Below are positions 1 through 8,455 of a stretch of 64,000 bases of DNA, piece by piece. The first letter of the stretch is position 1; each line of letters begins with the position of its first letter. The notes beneath the pieces were generated by a model that was not told where the DNA came from, did no database searches, and was given only the letters and a program-made list of their open reading frames with translations. The DNA is from an uncultured Bacilli bacterium (lineage in GTDB: Bacteria > Bacillota_I > Bacilli_A > RFN20 > CAG-826). Where the stretch lies: assembly GCA_944372115.1 (NCBI GenBank), contig CALVYH010000002.1:34898-98897 (forward strand). The letters run 5' to 3'. The position numbers were made by a program, and so were the translations under genes.

Positions 1-1
1 A

Positions 2-1294
2 AAAAAAGATAACTTTTCGATTTTAAATACAGTCAGAGCTATAGGAAAAAAAGAAGACGTTAATACTACTTTATCAATAGCTTTTGCTCATGATTTCTCA
101 ACTATCGCTCAAAATAATGAAATGGCTTCAACCGCTTTAAGTATTGCAATGTCTAGAGGTGGTGACCAAGCTGTTATTGCACAAATGAACCATGAATTAA
201 TATTTTTTGGTGGAAAAAGCGGTGCTGAAGAAAGCAGAAACAAAGTTAAAGTAAAAAGTGATGCAAATGCATTACTTAACCATATTGAAACTTATAAAGA
301 TAATAAAATTTTTATTATGGGTCATAAAGATATGGATATGGATGCTTTAGGTTCTTGCCTAGGTATTTATGAAATTTGTAAATATAAACAATGCAAGGAT
401 TTTCATATTGTTTTTGATCATACATTGACTGAAAAGAAAACTAGATACGCTTTTATGACAAGTTTCCCAAAAAATCAATTCGATGATATGACGATTTCTT
501 TAAAAAAAGCAATTGATGAATGTGATCCAACATCGCTTTTGATTATTGTTGATGTTAATAGATCTGATAAAGTAATGTGTCCCGACCTTTTAGATAAGAC
601 AGAAAAATATATTGTTATTGACCATCATCGTCAATCTGATACCAATGTTATCGAAAATCCTTTATTAAAAATTATTGATACTTCAGCTTCTTCTGCATCA
701 GAACTTATTACTGAGTTAATTAAATACGGTTCAAAATTTCCACCTATTCCAATTGAACCAAAAATCGCAACAATTATGCTTTCAGGTATATTCCTTGATA
801 CTCAATTCTTTAAAACAAAAACTGTCGGAATTAGAACTTTTGAGTCCTCAATGGTTTTAAAAGAATATGGGGCAGATAATTATGAAGCAGATGATTTCTT
901 AAAAGATGAAATTCAAGAATTCGCCGCAGTTATGGGAATTGTTGAAAATATGATTACTCCATTTTCTGGAGTCGTATATTGTAAATGTAAAGATGATGAA
1001 ATTATTGATTCTGTTACTTTAGCAAAATCTGCAAATCAATGTTTAGCAATTAAAGGAAATAGTGCTTCATTTGTTATTGGAAGAGTAAGCGAAAATGAAG
1101 TGGGTATTTCCGCTAGAAGTGATGGAAAAATTAACGTTCAATTAATTTGTGAAAAACTTGGTGGTGGCGGACATTTAAATGCTGCTGCAACGACTATGAA
1201 AGGCTTAAGTGTTGATGAAGTTGAAAAGAGATTGTTAGATGTTTTAGCTTCCTCATTAGATGAAGCACGTAAAAATATTGAAGGAGAAGATTAA
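2..1294 (+). CDS. gdpP: DHH/DHHA1 phosphoesterase, C-terminal portion of a GdpP-like c-di-AMP phosphodiesterase. The 5' end is truncated by the window: the frame is open from base 2 upstream of the listed Met at 122.
   Basis: DHH motif (IVIDHHRQSD) and DHHA1 GGGH motif (LGGGGH). No stop codon in frame back to the window start. The gdpP-rplI-dnaB order is conserved in Firmicutes. Confidence 0.75.
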   Translation, partial: KKDNFSILNTVRAIGKKEDVNTTLSIAFAHDFSTIAQNNEMASTALSIAMSRGGDQAVIAQMNHELIFFGGKSGAEESRNKVKVKSDANALLNHIETYKDNKIFIMGHKDMDMDALGSCLGIYEICKYKQCKDFHIVFDHTLTEKKTRYAFMTSFPKNQFDDMTISLKKAIDECDPTSLLIIVDVNRSDKVMCPDLLDKTEKYIVIDHHRQSDTNVIENPLLKIIDTSASSASELITELIKYGSKFPPIPIEPKIATIMLSGIFLDTQFFKTKTVGIRTFESSMVLKEYGADNYEADDFLKDEIQEFAAVMGIVENMITPFSGVVYCKCKDDEIIDSVTLAKSANQCLAIKGNSASFVIGRVSENEVGISARSDGKINVQLICEKLGGGGHLNAAATTMKGLSVDEVEKRLLDVLASSLDEARKNIEGED

Positions 1295-1296
1295 TT

Positions 1297-1746
1297 ATGG
1301 AAGTAATTTTACTTAAAGATGTTAAAGGAGTTGGCAAAAAGGGCGAAACCAAAACTGTAAGTGATGGTTATGGCAACAACTTCTTAATTAAAAATAAATT
1401 TGCCGTTAGAAAAACAGAAGCTTCTATTGCTCATTTAGAAAAAGAAAAAGCTTTACAAGCACAAAAAGAGGAAGAACTTAGACAAGAAGCTTTAAAAAAT
1501 AAAGAAAAATTAAGTCAAATTACTTTAGAGTTTAAAGCAAAAGCTCAAGGCAGTGGAAATATGGCTGGAACTATTTCAACAAAAGAAGTTGAAGATAGAT
1601 TAAAAAAAGAACACGGAATTGTTATTGATAAAAGAAAATTTGTTGAAAAATATCCAATTAACGCTTTTGGATATACAAATTTAAAAATTGAACTTTATAA
1701 AGGCGTTGTTGCTGAAATTAGAGTTCACGTAAGCGAAGACAAATAG
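1297..1746 (+). CDS. rplI: 50S ribosomal protein L9
   Basis: N-terminus MEVILLKDVKGVGKKGE is typical of L9. Length 149 aa. Lies between gdpP and dnaB. Confidence 0.9.
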   Translation: MEVILLKDVKGVGKKGETKTVSDGYGNNFLIKNKFAVRKTEASIAHLEKEKALQAQKEEELRQEALKNKEKLSQITLEFKAKAQGSGNMAGTISTKEVEDRLKKEHGIVIDKRKFVEKYPINAFGYTNLKIELYKGVVAEIRVHVSEDK

Positions 1747-1749
1747 TTT

Positions 1750-3216
1750 ATGGATTTAACTTTTTTACATGATGACGAATTAGAACAAATTGTTTTAGGT
1801 TCGATGTTAACTGATAAAAAATGTGCCCTTGACGGCGTTTCTTTATTAGAAATCGATGATTTTTTTGCTGCAAATCGTGGCCATCGTGAAGTTTTTAAAG
1901 CCATGAAACAGTTAGATTTAGCAGATAGTGCGATTGATGCAGCAAACGTAACTTCTCAACTTAAACAAAACAAAGTTTATGATGAAATCGGCGGTTTTGA
2001 TTTTTTAGCTGAACTTATTGATAGCGTTACAATTTATCAAAATTTCGATCAGTATGTAAAAAAATTACAAGAATTTAAACTCTTAAGAAATTTGGTTGAA
2101 GCTTGTCAAAAAACTATTGATACTGCAACTGAAAAGAGTGTTGAATCGATTAGCGATTTTTTGGCAGTTACCGAGAAAAAAATTGATGATATTACTTCTA
2201 AAAGAAGTGTTTCTGATTTTAAAAGTGCAAGAGAAGTTGCAAAGTTAGTTGGCAATTTAATCCAAAGATCAAAATCAGGAATTGATGGACTCGAAACAGG
2301 ATTTTCAGATTTAGACCGTCAAATGGGTGGACTTGGGAATGGGCAATTAATTGTTGTTGCAGCTCGTCCAGGTATGGGAAAATCAATGCTTGCTTTAAAT
2401 ATTTGCTATAACATTGCAAAAAGAACTAACCGAACTATCGCATATTTTTCATTAGAAATGAGTAATGAAGAACTTATGAGAAGACTTTTTGCTGTTGCTA
2501 GTGGAATAACTCAAAGAAAAATTAATTTTGGGTTCTTATCACCTCAAGATAAAGTTTTATTAAAAGATGCTGAAAACGAAATTTCTAGAACTAATTTATT
2601 TTTTGAAGAGTCAACCGCGATAACTATTGATGATATTGTTGTTAAATGTAGAAAATTAAAAGAACAAAGAGAAGATTTAGCTTTAATAGTTGTTGACCAT
2701 ATCGGTATTATTCAAGAAGGTGCTCATAAATTTAATTCAGATCAAGAAAAAATTGCTTATTTTAGTAGAACTTTAAAGTCTTTAGCTCTAGAACTTAACA
2801 TTCCTATTATTATTGTTGCTCATATTAATAGAGGCGCTGAGAAAAAAGAAAATAGAATCCCTGAATTAAGCGAACTTAGAGGTAGTGGGCAAATTGAAAA
2901 CGATTGCGATAAAGCATTACTTTTATATCGTCAGGGTTATTATCGTCGTCAAGGAATTGATGTTAAAGAAAAGCGTGGGTTTGGAGATGCTTCTTTAAAT
3001 AATTCCCAAGGAAATGGAATTAATCCTAATAATGAAGAAAATAAAGAAGAAAACTTCCAAGAAGATGTTAATCGTGGTGAAAAAATGGATATTATCGTCG
3101 CTAAAAATAGACAAGGTGCAACTGGTAAAGTATGGCTATTATTTTTCCCTGCAATAGGTAGATTTTCTACTGCCACTGATAAACAATTTGATGATAGCGA
3201 TTATACGACTAATTAA
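1750..3216 (+). CDS. dnaB: replicative DNA helicase DnaB, with a low-complexity N/E/K-rich insertion near the C-terminus
   Basis: Walker A ARPGMGKS, IVVDH motif, RecA-like C-terminal domain. Position right after rplI. Confidence 0.9.
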   Translation: MDLTFLHDDELEQIVLGSMLTDKKCALDGVSLLEIDDFFAANRGHREVFKAMKQLDLADSAIDAANVTSQLKQNKVYDEIGGFDFLAELIDSVTIYQNFDQYVKKLQEFKLLRNLVEACQKTIDTATEKSVESISDFLAVTEKKIDDITSKRSVSDFKSAREVAKLVGNLIQRSKSGIDGLETGFSDLDRQMGGLGNGQLIVVAARPGMGKSMLALNICYNIAKRTNRTIAYFSLEMSNEELMRRLFAVASGITQRKINFGFLSPQDKVLLKDAENEISRTNLFFEESTAITIDDIVVKCRKLKEQREDLALIVVDHIGIIQEGAHKFNSDQEKIAYFSRTLKSLALELNIPIIIVAHINRGAEKKENRIPELSELRGSGQIENDCDKALLLYRQGYYRRQGIDVKEKRGFGDASLNNSQGNGINPNNEENKEENFQEDVNRGEKMDIIVAKNRQGATGKVWLLFFPAIGRFSTATDKQFDDSDYTTN

Positions 3217-3228
3217 AATCAAATCTTT

Positions 3229-3972
3229 ATGGAATTTATAAATTTAGCAAGTGGTTCAAAAGGTAATGGTTCTCTTATTATAGATAAAGGAACCATTATT
3301 TTAGTTGATGCTGGAATGAATATAACGCCATTAAAAAAATTATTAAAAGAAAGAAATTTAACTTTAAATGATATAGATTTTATTCTTTTAACCCATAATC
3401 ATCATGATCATATCAAAAACGTTGAAAAATTTGATATTTCAAAAATTTATTGTTTAAAAGGAATAAAAAAATTAGAAGATAAAACACATTATTTAACTTT
3501 TAACAAAAAATATGATTTTAAAAATATAAAAGTTGAACTTCTTAAAACTAGTCATGATGCCTTTCCTTCATGTGGATTTATTTTTAAATTTGAAAATGAT
3601 GAAAAATTAGGCTTTATTACGGATAGTGGATATTTATCTTTTGATGTTTTAGAAAAATTAAAGAATTTAGAATATTATTATTTTGAAAGCAATTATGATA
3701 TTTCTTTACTTGTTTCTTCTTTTAGAAGTGATGAATTAAAAACAAGAATTTTATCTAGAAAAGGGCATTTATCAAATGAACAAGCTGCTATTTATCTTTC
3801 TTATTTAATAGGAGAAAAAACAAAAAAGATTATGCTTGCGCATTTAAGTGAAGAATGTAATACAAAATTTTCTTGTTTAGAAACTTTATTTAATATATTT
3901 AATGATAATAATATTAACTATGATAAATACGATATTAAATGTGCGTCTCAAAAAGAGGTGACGATTTTATGA
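3229..3972 (+). CDS. MBL-fold metallo-hydrolase (WalJ/YycJ-like)
   Basis: HxHxDH motif (THNHHDH). Conserved position upstream of rlmH, as in Firmicutes. Confidence 0.7.
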   Translation: MEFINLASGSKGNGSLIIDKGTIILVDAGMNITPLKKLLKERNLTLNDIDFILLTHNHHDHIKNVEKFDISKIYCLKGIKKLEDKTHYLTFNKKYDFKNIKVELLKTSHDAFPSCGFIFKFENDEKLGFITDSGYLSFDVLEKLKNLEYYYFESNYDISLLVSSFRSDELKTRILSRKGHLSNEQAAIYLSYLIGEKTKKIMLAHLSEECNTKFSCLETLFNIFNDNNINYDKYDIKCASQKEVTIL

Positions 3973-4439
3973 TAAAAATTAATGTTTATGCTGTTGGTTC
4001 AATAAAAGAAAAATTTTTTAAAGAAGCGATTAATGAATATTTAAAAAGAATCTCAAAATTTGCAAAAATTAATGTTATTGAAGTTAATGAAATTAAACTT
4101 CAAAATGGCGAAGAAAATAAAATAAAAGAAAAAGAAGGAGAAGAACTTTTAAAAATAATTAAAGATAATGAATATTTAATCGCTTTAGATTTAAATAAAA
4201 AAGAATATGATTCTATTTCACTTGCTTCTCATTTATCTACTTTAATTGACAAAGGAAAAGGAGAGATTGCTTTTGTTATAGGAGGAAGTTTAGGATTAGG
4301 AGAAAATATTAAGAAAAGAGCTAATGAATCGCTTAGTTTTTCTAAACTTACATTCCCTCATCAACTTATAAGAATATTTTTATTAGAACAGATTTATCGC
4401 TCTTTTAAAATTATAAATAAAGAATCATACCATCATTAA
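3969..4439 (+). CDS. rlmH: 23S rRNA (pseudouridine1915-N3)-methyltransferase RlmH (SPOUT). Start probably at the internal ATG at 3969, not 3939.
   Basis: MIKINVYAVGSIKEKFFKEAINEYLKRI is the typical RlmH N-terminus. AAAGAGGTG RBS 7 nt upstream of the ATG at 3969. Confidence 0.8.
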   Translation: MIKINVYAVGSIKEKFFKEAINEYLKRISKFAKINVIEVNEIKLQNGEENKIKEKEGEELLKIIKDNEYLIALDLNKKEYDSISLASHLSTLIDKGKGEIAFVIGGSLGLGENIKKRANESLSFSKLTFPHQLIRIFLLEQIYRSFKIINKESYHH

Positions 4440-4506
4440 ATTATGATAAAATATTTTAGTTTTATTTATTTTTTAAAATTTATTAACTATTAAGAGGAAT
4501 AAAAAT

Positions 4507-4854
4507 ATGGAATTTATAGAATTTAAACAATATAAAAAGAATCAAGATGAAAGATATGATAAATATGCTCCTTCATATATATTAGATGATGGTTCAATAT
4601 TTTATATTGAACCAAATTTTTATACTCAACTTATTAATTTAAAATTACATTTTGATAAAGAATTTGAAAAGTTAATCTCTTCAATAATTGAAATAACTAA
4701 AAAGAATAAAAAAGTAATTTTCACTGGTAATTATGATTCACCATTAATTAATGATAAGAAAGGATTTATTTATCGCGATATCAATGATTTATTAGCTTAT
4801 AATCATTTAACACTTGATATAAAGATTAATCCTGAAAGTGATTGGAAAGATTAA
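4507..4854 (+). CDS. hypothetical protein
   Basis: 115-aa ORF with an RBS (AAGAGGAA). No recognisable motifs. Confidence 0.4.
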   Translation: MEFIEFKQYKKNQDERYDKYAPSYILDDGSIFYIEPNFYTQLINLKLHFDKEFEKLISSIIEITKKNKKVIFTGNYDSPLINDKKGFIYRDINDLLAYNHLTLDIKINPESDWKD

Positions 4855-4874
4855 AATAATAAATATTTTAAAAA

Positions 4875-4888
4875 TGTAAGTGCTTACA
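4875..4888. promoter_or_regulatory. 14-bp palindrome TGTAAGTGCTTACA, resembling a CcpA cre / TnrA-type operator
   Basis: Perfect dyad TGTAAG-TG-CTTACA, immediately after the stop codon of the upstream gene and ahead of the nucleoside transporter operon. Confidence 0.3.
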
Positions 4889-4913
4889 TAATTATTAATA
4901 TAATCTTAATATT

Positions 4914-4946
4914 TAAAAAATATCCGATAATTATCGGATTTTTTTT
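4914..4946 (+). terminator. rho-independent terminator
   Basis: Stem TCCGATAA/TTATCGGA followed by a T8 run. Confidence 0.7.
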
Positions 4947-4989
4947 AAATGTAAATATTTTAAATATTTAATAATAATCTTTTTTTTGC

Positions 4990-5193
4990 TATTATACGGG
5001 CAATGTTAAAGAAGTTAATTCTTTAACGCGGGTATATCGATGCAAAAAGGTGCATCACTTTCCAGCCTGAAGCCAAAGTTTAGGGGCTACCCACTAATAT
5101 ATAATAAATATAAGATTAGTAAATAACTTATATAAAGTTTTGTTAAGTGTGGTAAGTATCAGGAAAGTAAAAGATTAACCACACTTTTCTTTA
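4990..5193 (+). promoter_or_regulatory. structured 5' leader (riboswitch-like, class unassigned) with a terminator/attenuator hairpin, ahead of the nucleoside ABC transporter operon
   Basis: Locally GC-rich island in AT-rich DNA. Hairpins at 5005-5027 and 5039-5056, flanked by a possible P1 pairing ATTATA/TATAAT. A 9-bp stem (5145-5153 with 5178-5186) followed by TTTTCTTT lies just before the AAGGAGG RBS and the ATG at 5217. Confidence 0.45.
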
Positions 5194-5216
5194 TATAAGG
5201 AGGAAAATATTAACAT

Positions 5217-6536
5217 ATGAAGAAAAATAAAATTTTTGCTACAATCGGTGCTTTAGCTGCTGTCGCAACAATTGCAACATCTTGTGGAGGAACAAATGTT
5301 GATTACGGTGATTGGGAAGGTGTCGAATTCACAGAATTAAAAGAAACAAACATCGGAACAAACGCAACTCCAGATGCAGATAAATTAGCAAATTATACTG
5401 AAGAAAATCCTTTAAAAATTGCTTTAGTTACTGACTCAGGAACATTAAACGATCACTCATTCAACGAATCTGCATGGTTAGGTGTTAACACATTTGCTAC
5501 TACAAATGGTGGTGGAACAATTGATGCATCTTCAAATACAGTTAAAACTGGTACAATTCATACTATGTATTATCAACCAGCAAACGATGCTTATGATACA
5601 CAAGGTAGATTAGCTGCTATGAGAGAAGCTGTCACAAACTTCGGTGCTAATGTTATTGTTTTACCTGGCTATTTATTCCAAGGTGCTATTAAAGAAGCTA
5701 TTAACGATTCAGCTTTTGATGATGTTTATCTCCTTGCTCTTGACTGCGTTAAAGAAGATGATAACTATCAACCATATGAATATAATGAAAGAGTTACTTC
5801 TGTCATTTATAGAGAAGAACAATGCGGCTTCTTAGCAGGATATGCTGCTGTTATGGATGGCTATGAAAAATTAGGATTTGTCGGTGGTATGGCTGTTCCA
5901 GCAGTTATTAGATATGGATCGGGGTATGTCCAAGGTGCTGCTGCTGCTGCAAAAGAAAAAGGATTAGAAAATCCAGTTTCAGTCCAATATTACTATGCAG
6001 GACAATTTGCTGCTACTCCAGAAGCAACTGAATATGCAAATACTTGGTATGCTAATGATATGGCAGAAATTATCTTCGCTTGTGGTGGTGCTGTTTATCA
6101 ATCAGTTGTTGAAGCTTCAATTCAAAACAACAATGCTCCATGGATTGGTGTTGACGTTAACCAACATGCTGATACTTCATTAAGCGAAGGTACAAGAGGC
6201 GCTTTAAAAACTTCAGCTATGAAAAACTTAACATTCGCTACACAAGTTTTATTAGCTGGATGGGTTAATGAAGGTGAAAAATGGAATGATACATTAGCTG
6301 GTGAAGTCGTTACTGTCGGTGCTGAATCAGAAATGGTCAAATTACCAACTCCTGAAGCTGATAACGATGAAGGTTGCTGGGGCTTTACAAATTATACTGT
6401 TGAAGAATATAACGAACTTTATAAATTAGTCCAAAACGGTTCAATCAAAGTTAATTCAAACTCAGATAATGAAACATTAAGTGCTAACAACTTTGGTGTT
6501 GATCCAACTTATTGTACAGTTAACTATATCGGTTAA
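5217..6536 (+). CDS. BMP-family (PnrA/Med-like) nucleoside-binding ABC transporter substrate-binding lipoprotein
   Basis: Signal peptide with lipobox IATSC. BMP-family fold-like sequence. First gene of an ABC ATPase plus two-permease operon. Confidence 0.8.
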   Translation: MKKNKIFATIGALAAVATIATSCGGTNVDYGDWEGVEFTELKETNIGTNATPDADKLANYTEENPLKIALVTDSGTLNDHSFNESAWLGVNTFATTNGGGTIDASSNTVKTGTIHTMYYQPANDAYDTQGRLAAMREAVTNFGANVIVLPGYLFQGAIKEAINDSAFDDVYLLALDCVKEDDNYQPYEYNERVTSVIYREEQCGFLAGYAAVMDGYEKLGFVGGMAVPAVIRYGSGYVQGAAAAAKEKGLENPVSVQYYYAGQFAATPEATEYANTWYANDMAEIIFACGGAVYQSVVEASIQNNNAPWIGVDVNQHADTSLSEGTRGALKTSAMKNLTFATQVLLAGWVNEGEKWNDTLAGEVVTVGAESEMVKLPTPEADNDEGCWGFTNYTVEEYNELYKLVQNGSIKVNSNSDNETLSANNFGVDPTYCTVNYIG

Positions 6537-6620
6537 TTAGTCAAATTTGATATTATGTTAGTAGGCAAAGTGAAATAAGTTTGCCTACTAACTTATTTTT
6601 TTAAATAGAGGAAAGAAATT

Positions 6621-8441
6621 ATGAAATATGAAAATGTAATTGAATTAAAACACATTAGCAAATCTTTCCCTGGCATTAAAGCTAATGATGACATTTCACT
6701 AACTCTTAGAAAAGGCGAAATTCATGCTCTTTTAGGAGAAAATGGTGCTGGTAAATCAACCTTAATGTCAATCCTCTTCGGGTTATATGAACCTGATGAA
6801 GGAGAAATCTATGTTAATGGTAAAAAAAGCGAAATTAGAAATCCTAATGATGCAACTCGTTTAGGTATTGGAATGGTTCATCAACACTTTAAACTTGTTG
6901 AGTGTTATACCGCATTACAAAATATTATTTTAGGTGCTGAGCCATGTAATAAACTTGGTTTTTTACAACCAAAAAAAGTTAGACAAACTTTAGAAGATTT
7001 ATGTAAAAAATTCAATTTCCGCGTAAATTTAGACGAAAAAATTGAAGATATGCCTGTTGGCGAACAACAAAAAGTTGAAATTTTAAAAATGCTCTATAGA
7101 GAAAACGATATTCTTATTTTTGATGAGCCAACAGCAGTTTTAACTCCACAAGAAATCGATGAACTTATGGAGTCAATGAGAGTTTTAACAAAAGAAGGAA
7201 AATCAATTTTGTTTATTTCCCATAAATTAAACGAAATTATGGCTGTTTCTGATAGAGTTACTATTTTACAACGTGGTAAATGTTTAGGTACCTTAGAAAC
7301 AAAAAAGACAAATCCTCAAGAACTTTCTAGATTAATGGTTGGTAGAGATGTTGAACTTGTTTTACAAAAAGAAGAATGCAAACCTGGAAAACCAATCTTA
7401 ACAATTAAGAATTTGAATGTATATAACAGCGAAAAGAAAAAAGAAGTTGTTCATAACGTTTCTTTTAACGTTAGAACAGGTGAAATAGTTTGTATCGCTG
7501 GTATTGAAGGCAACGGTCAAACCGATTTAGTTTATGCTCTTACTGGTTTAGAAAAAGTTAAGAGCGGCGAAATCGTTTTACACAATGTTAATGCTGAAAA
7601 ATATATTAAAAATAACAGACTTGATAAAAAGAATAATGCTTTCCAAAAAGTTTGGGAAAAAATAACCTTTGGATTAGGAATAGCATGGTATGATTTTTTA
7701 TTTGGCTGTTCATTCATTTGGTATTATTTTAAAAAATTCTTTAAAGTTTTATTTAATAAAATAGGAAATCTTTTCCGCAAAGGTAAAAAAGAATTACAAA
7801 TGGAAGAATTCCAAAAATATGTTCCTTATAAAGAGGTTAAAAATCAACCTTTAGTTGGTGATGTTCATTTAGAAAGATTATCAATTAGAGAAAGAAATGT
7901 TAGAGGTGTTTCTCATATTCCAGAAGATAGACATAAACATGGTCTTGTTCTTGATTTTAATTTAAGAGACAACCTTGTTTTAGATACTTATTTTGATCCA
8001 AGATTCCAAAAATTTGGTTTTTTGAAAAATAAAGATAAAGAAAAATACGCTAACGAATTAATTTCTAAATATGATATTAGAAGCGGTAAAGGTGCTCAAA
8101 GTATTGTTAGAAGTATGAGTGGTGGTAACCAACAAAAAGCTATTGTTGCTCGTGAACTTGATAGAGAAACCCCGCTTTTAATTGCTGTTCAACCTACACG
8201 TGGGCTTGATGTCGGTGCTATCGAAGCAATTCATAGACATATTTTAAGATCACGTGATAGTGGAAATGCTGTCTTGCTCGTTTCTTTAGAACTTGAAGAA
8301 GTTTTAAATTTAGCTGATAGAATTTTAGTTATGTATAACGGCGAAATTGTTGGACAATTCAACCCAAAAGAAACATCACCAAACGAATTAGGCCTTTATA
8401 TGAGCGGTGCTAAACGTGATGATGTTAATGCAATTTTATAG
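6621..8441 (+). CDS. nucleoside/sugar ABC transporter ATP-binding protein with two fused nucleotide-binding domains (NBDs) and an insertion of about 85 aa in NBD2
   Basis: Walker A GENGAGKST, LSGG-type signature (MSGGNQQK), two NBDs. Hydrophobic insert ITFGLGIAWYDFLFGCSFIWYYF between the NBD2 motifs. Confidence 0.8.
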   Translation: MKYENVIELKHISKSFPGIKANDDISLTLRKGEIHALLGENGAGKSTLMSILFGLYEPDEGEIYVNGKKSEIRNPNDATRLGIGMVHQHFKLVECYTALQNIILGAEPCNKLGFLQPKKVRQTLEDLCKKFNFRVNLDEKIEDMPVGEQQKVEILKMLYRENDILIFDEPTAVLTPQEIDELMESMRVLTKEGKSILFISHKLNEIMAVSDRVTILQRGKCLGTLETKKTNPQELSRLMVGRDVELVLQKEECKPGKPILTIKNLNVYNSEKKKEVVHNVSFNVRTGEIVCIAGIEGNGQTDLVYALTGLEKVKSGEIVLHNVNAEKYIKNNRLDKKNNAFQKVWEKITFGLGIAWYDFLFGCSFIWYYFKKFFKVLFNKIGNLFRKGKKELQMEEFQKYVPYKEVKNQPLVGDVHLERLSIRERNVRGVSHIPEDRHKHGLVLDFNLRDNLVLDTYFDPRFQKFGFLKNKDKEKYANELISKYDIRSGKGAQSIVRSMSGGNQQKAIVARELDRETPLLIAVQPTRGLDVGAIEAIHRHILRSRDSGNAVLLVSLELEEVLNLADRILVMYNGEIVGQFNPKETSPNELGLYMSGAKRDDVNAIL

Positions 8442-8455
8442 GAGGCGGCAAAATT

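Noticed and set aside
2219-2419. Short antisense or alternative-frame ORFs in the track (for example 2219-2419, 2949-3176, 5644-5835, 6122-6340, 22724-22909, 30125-30388, 44947-45129, 59368-59637)
   Set aside because: They lie entirely inside well-supported genes on the opposite strand or in another frame. They have biased composition, no RBS and no motifs. Treated as spurious.
1750-3216. Intein in DnaB
   Set aside because: Total length of 488 aa is normal for DnaB. The extra segment is about 40 aa of low complexity with no Hint/splicing blocks.
4990-5100. Purine (guanine/adenine) riboswitch assignment for the nucleoside-operon leader
   Set aside because: I could not find the conserved J2-3 or the loop-loop blocks, nor a three-way junction with purine-riboswitch spacing. 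Kept only as a riboswitch-like leader of unassigned class.
5020-5100. tRNA or SRP RNA gene in the GC-rich island ahead of the BMP lipoprotein gene
   Set aside because: No acceptor, D or T-arm cloverleaf pattern and no SRP domain IV consensus. A cis-regulatory leader fits better.
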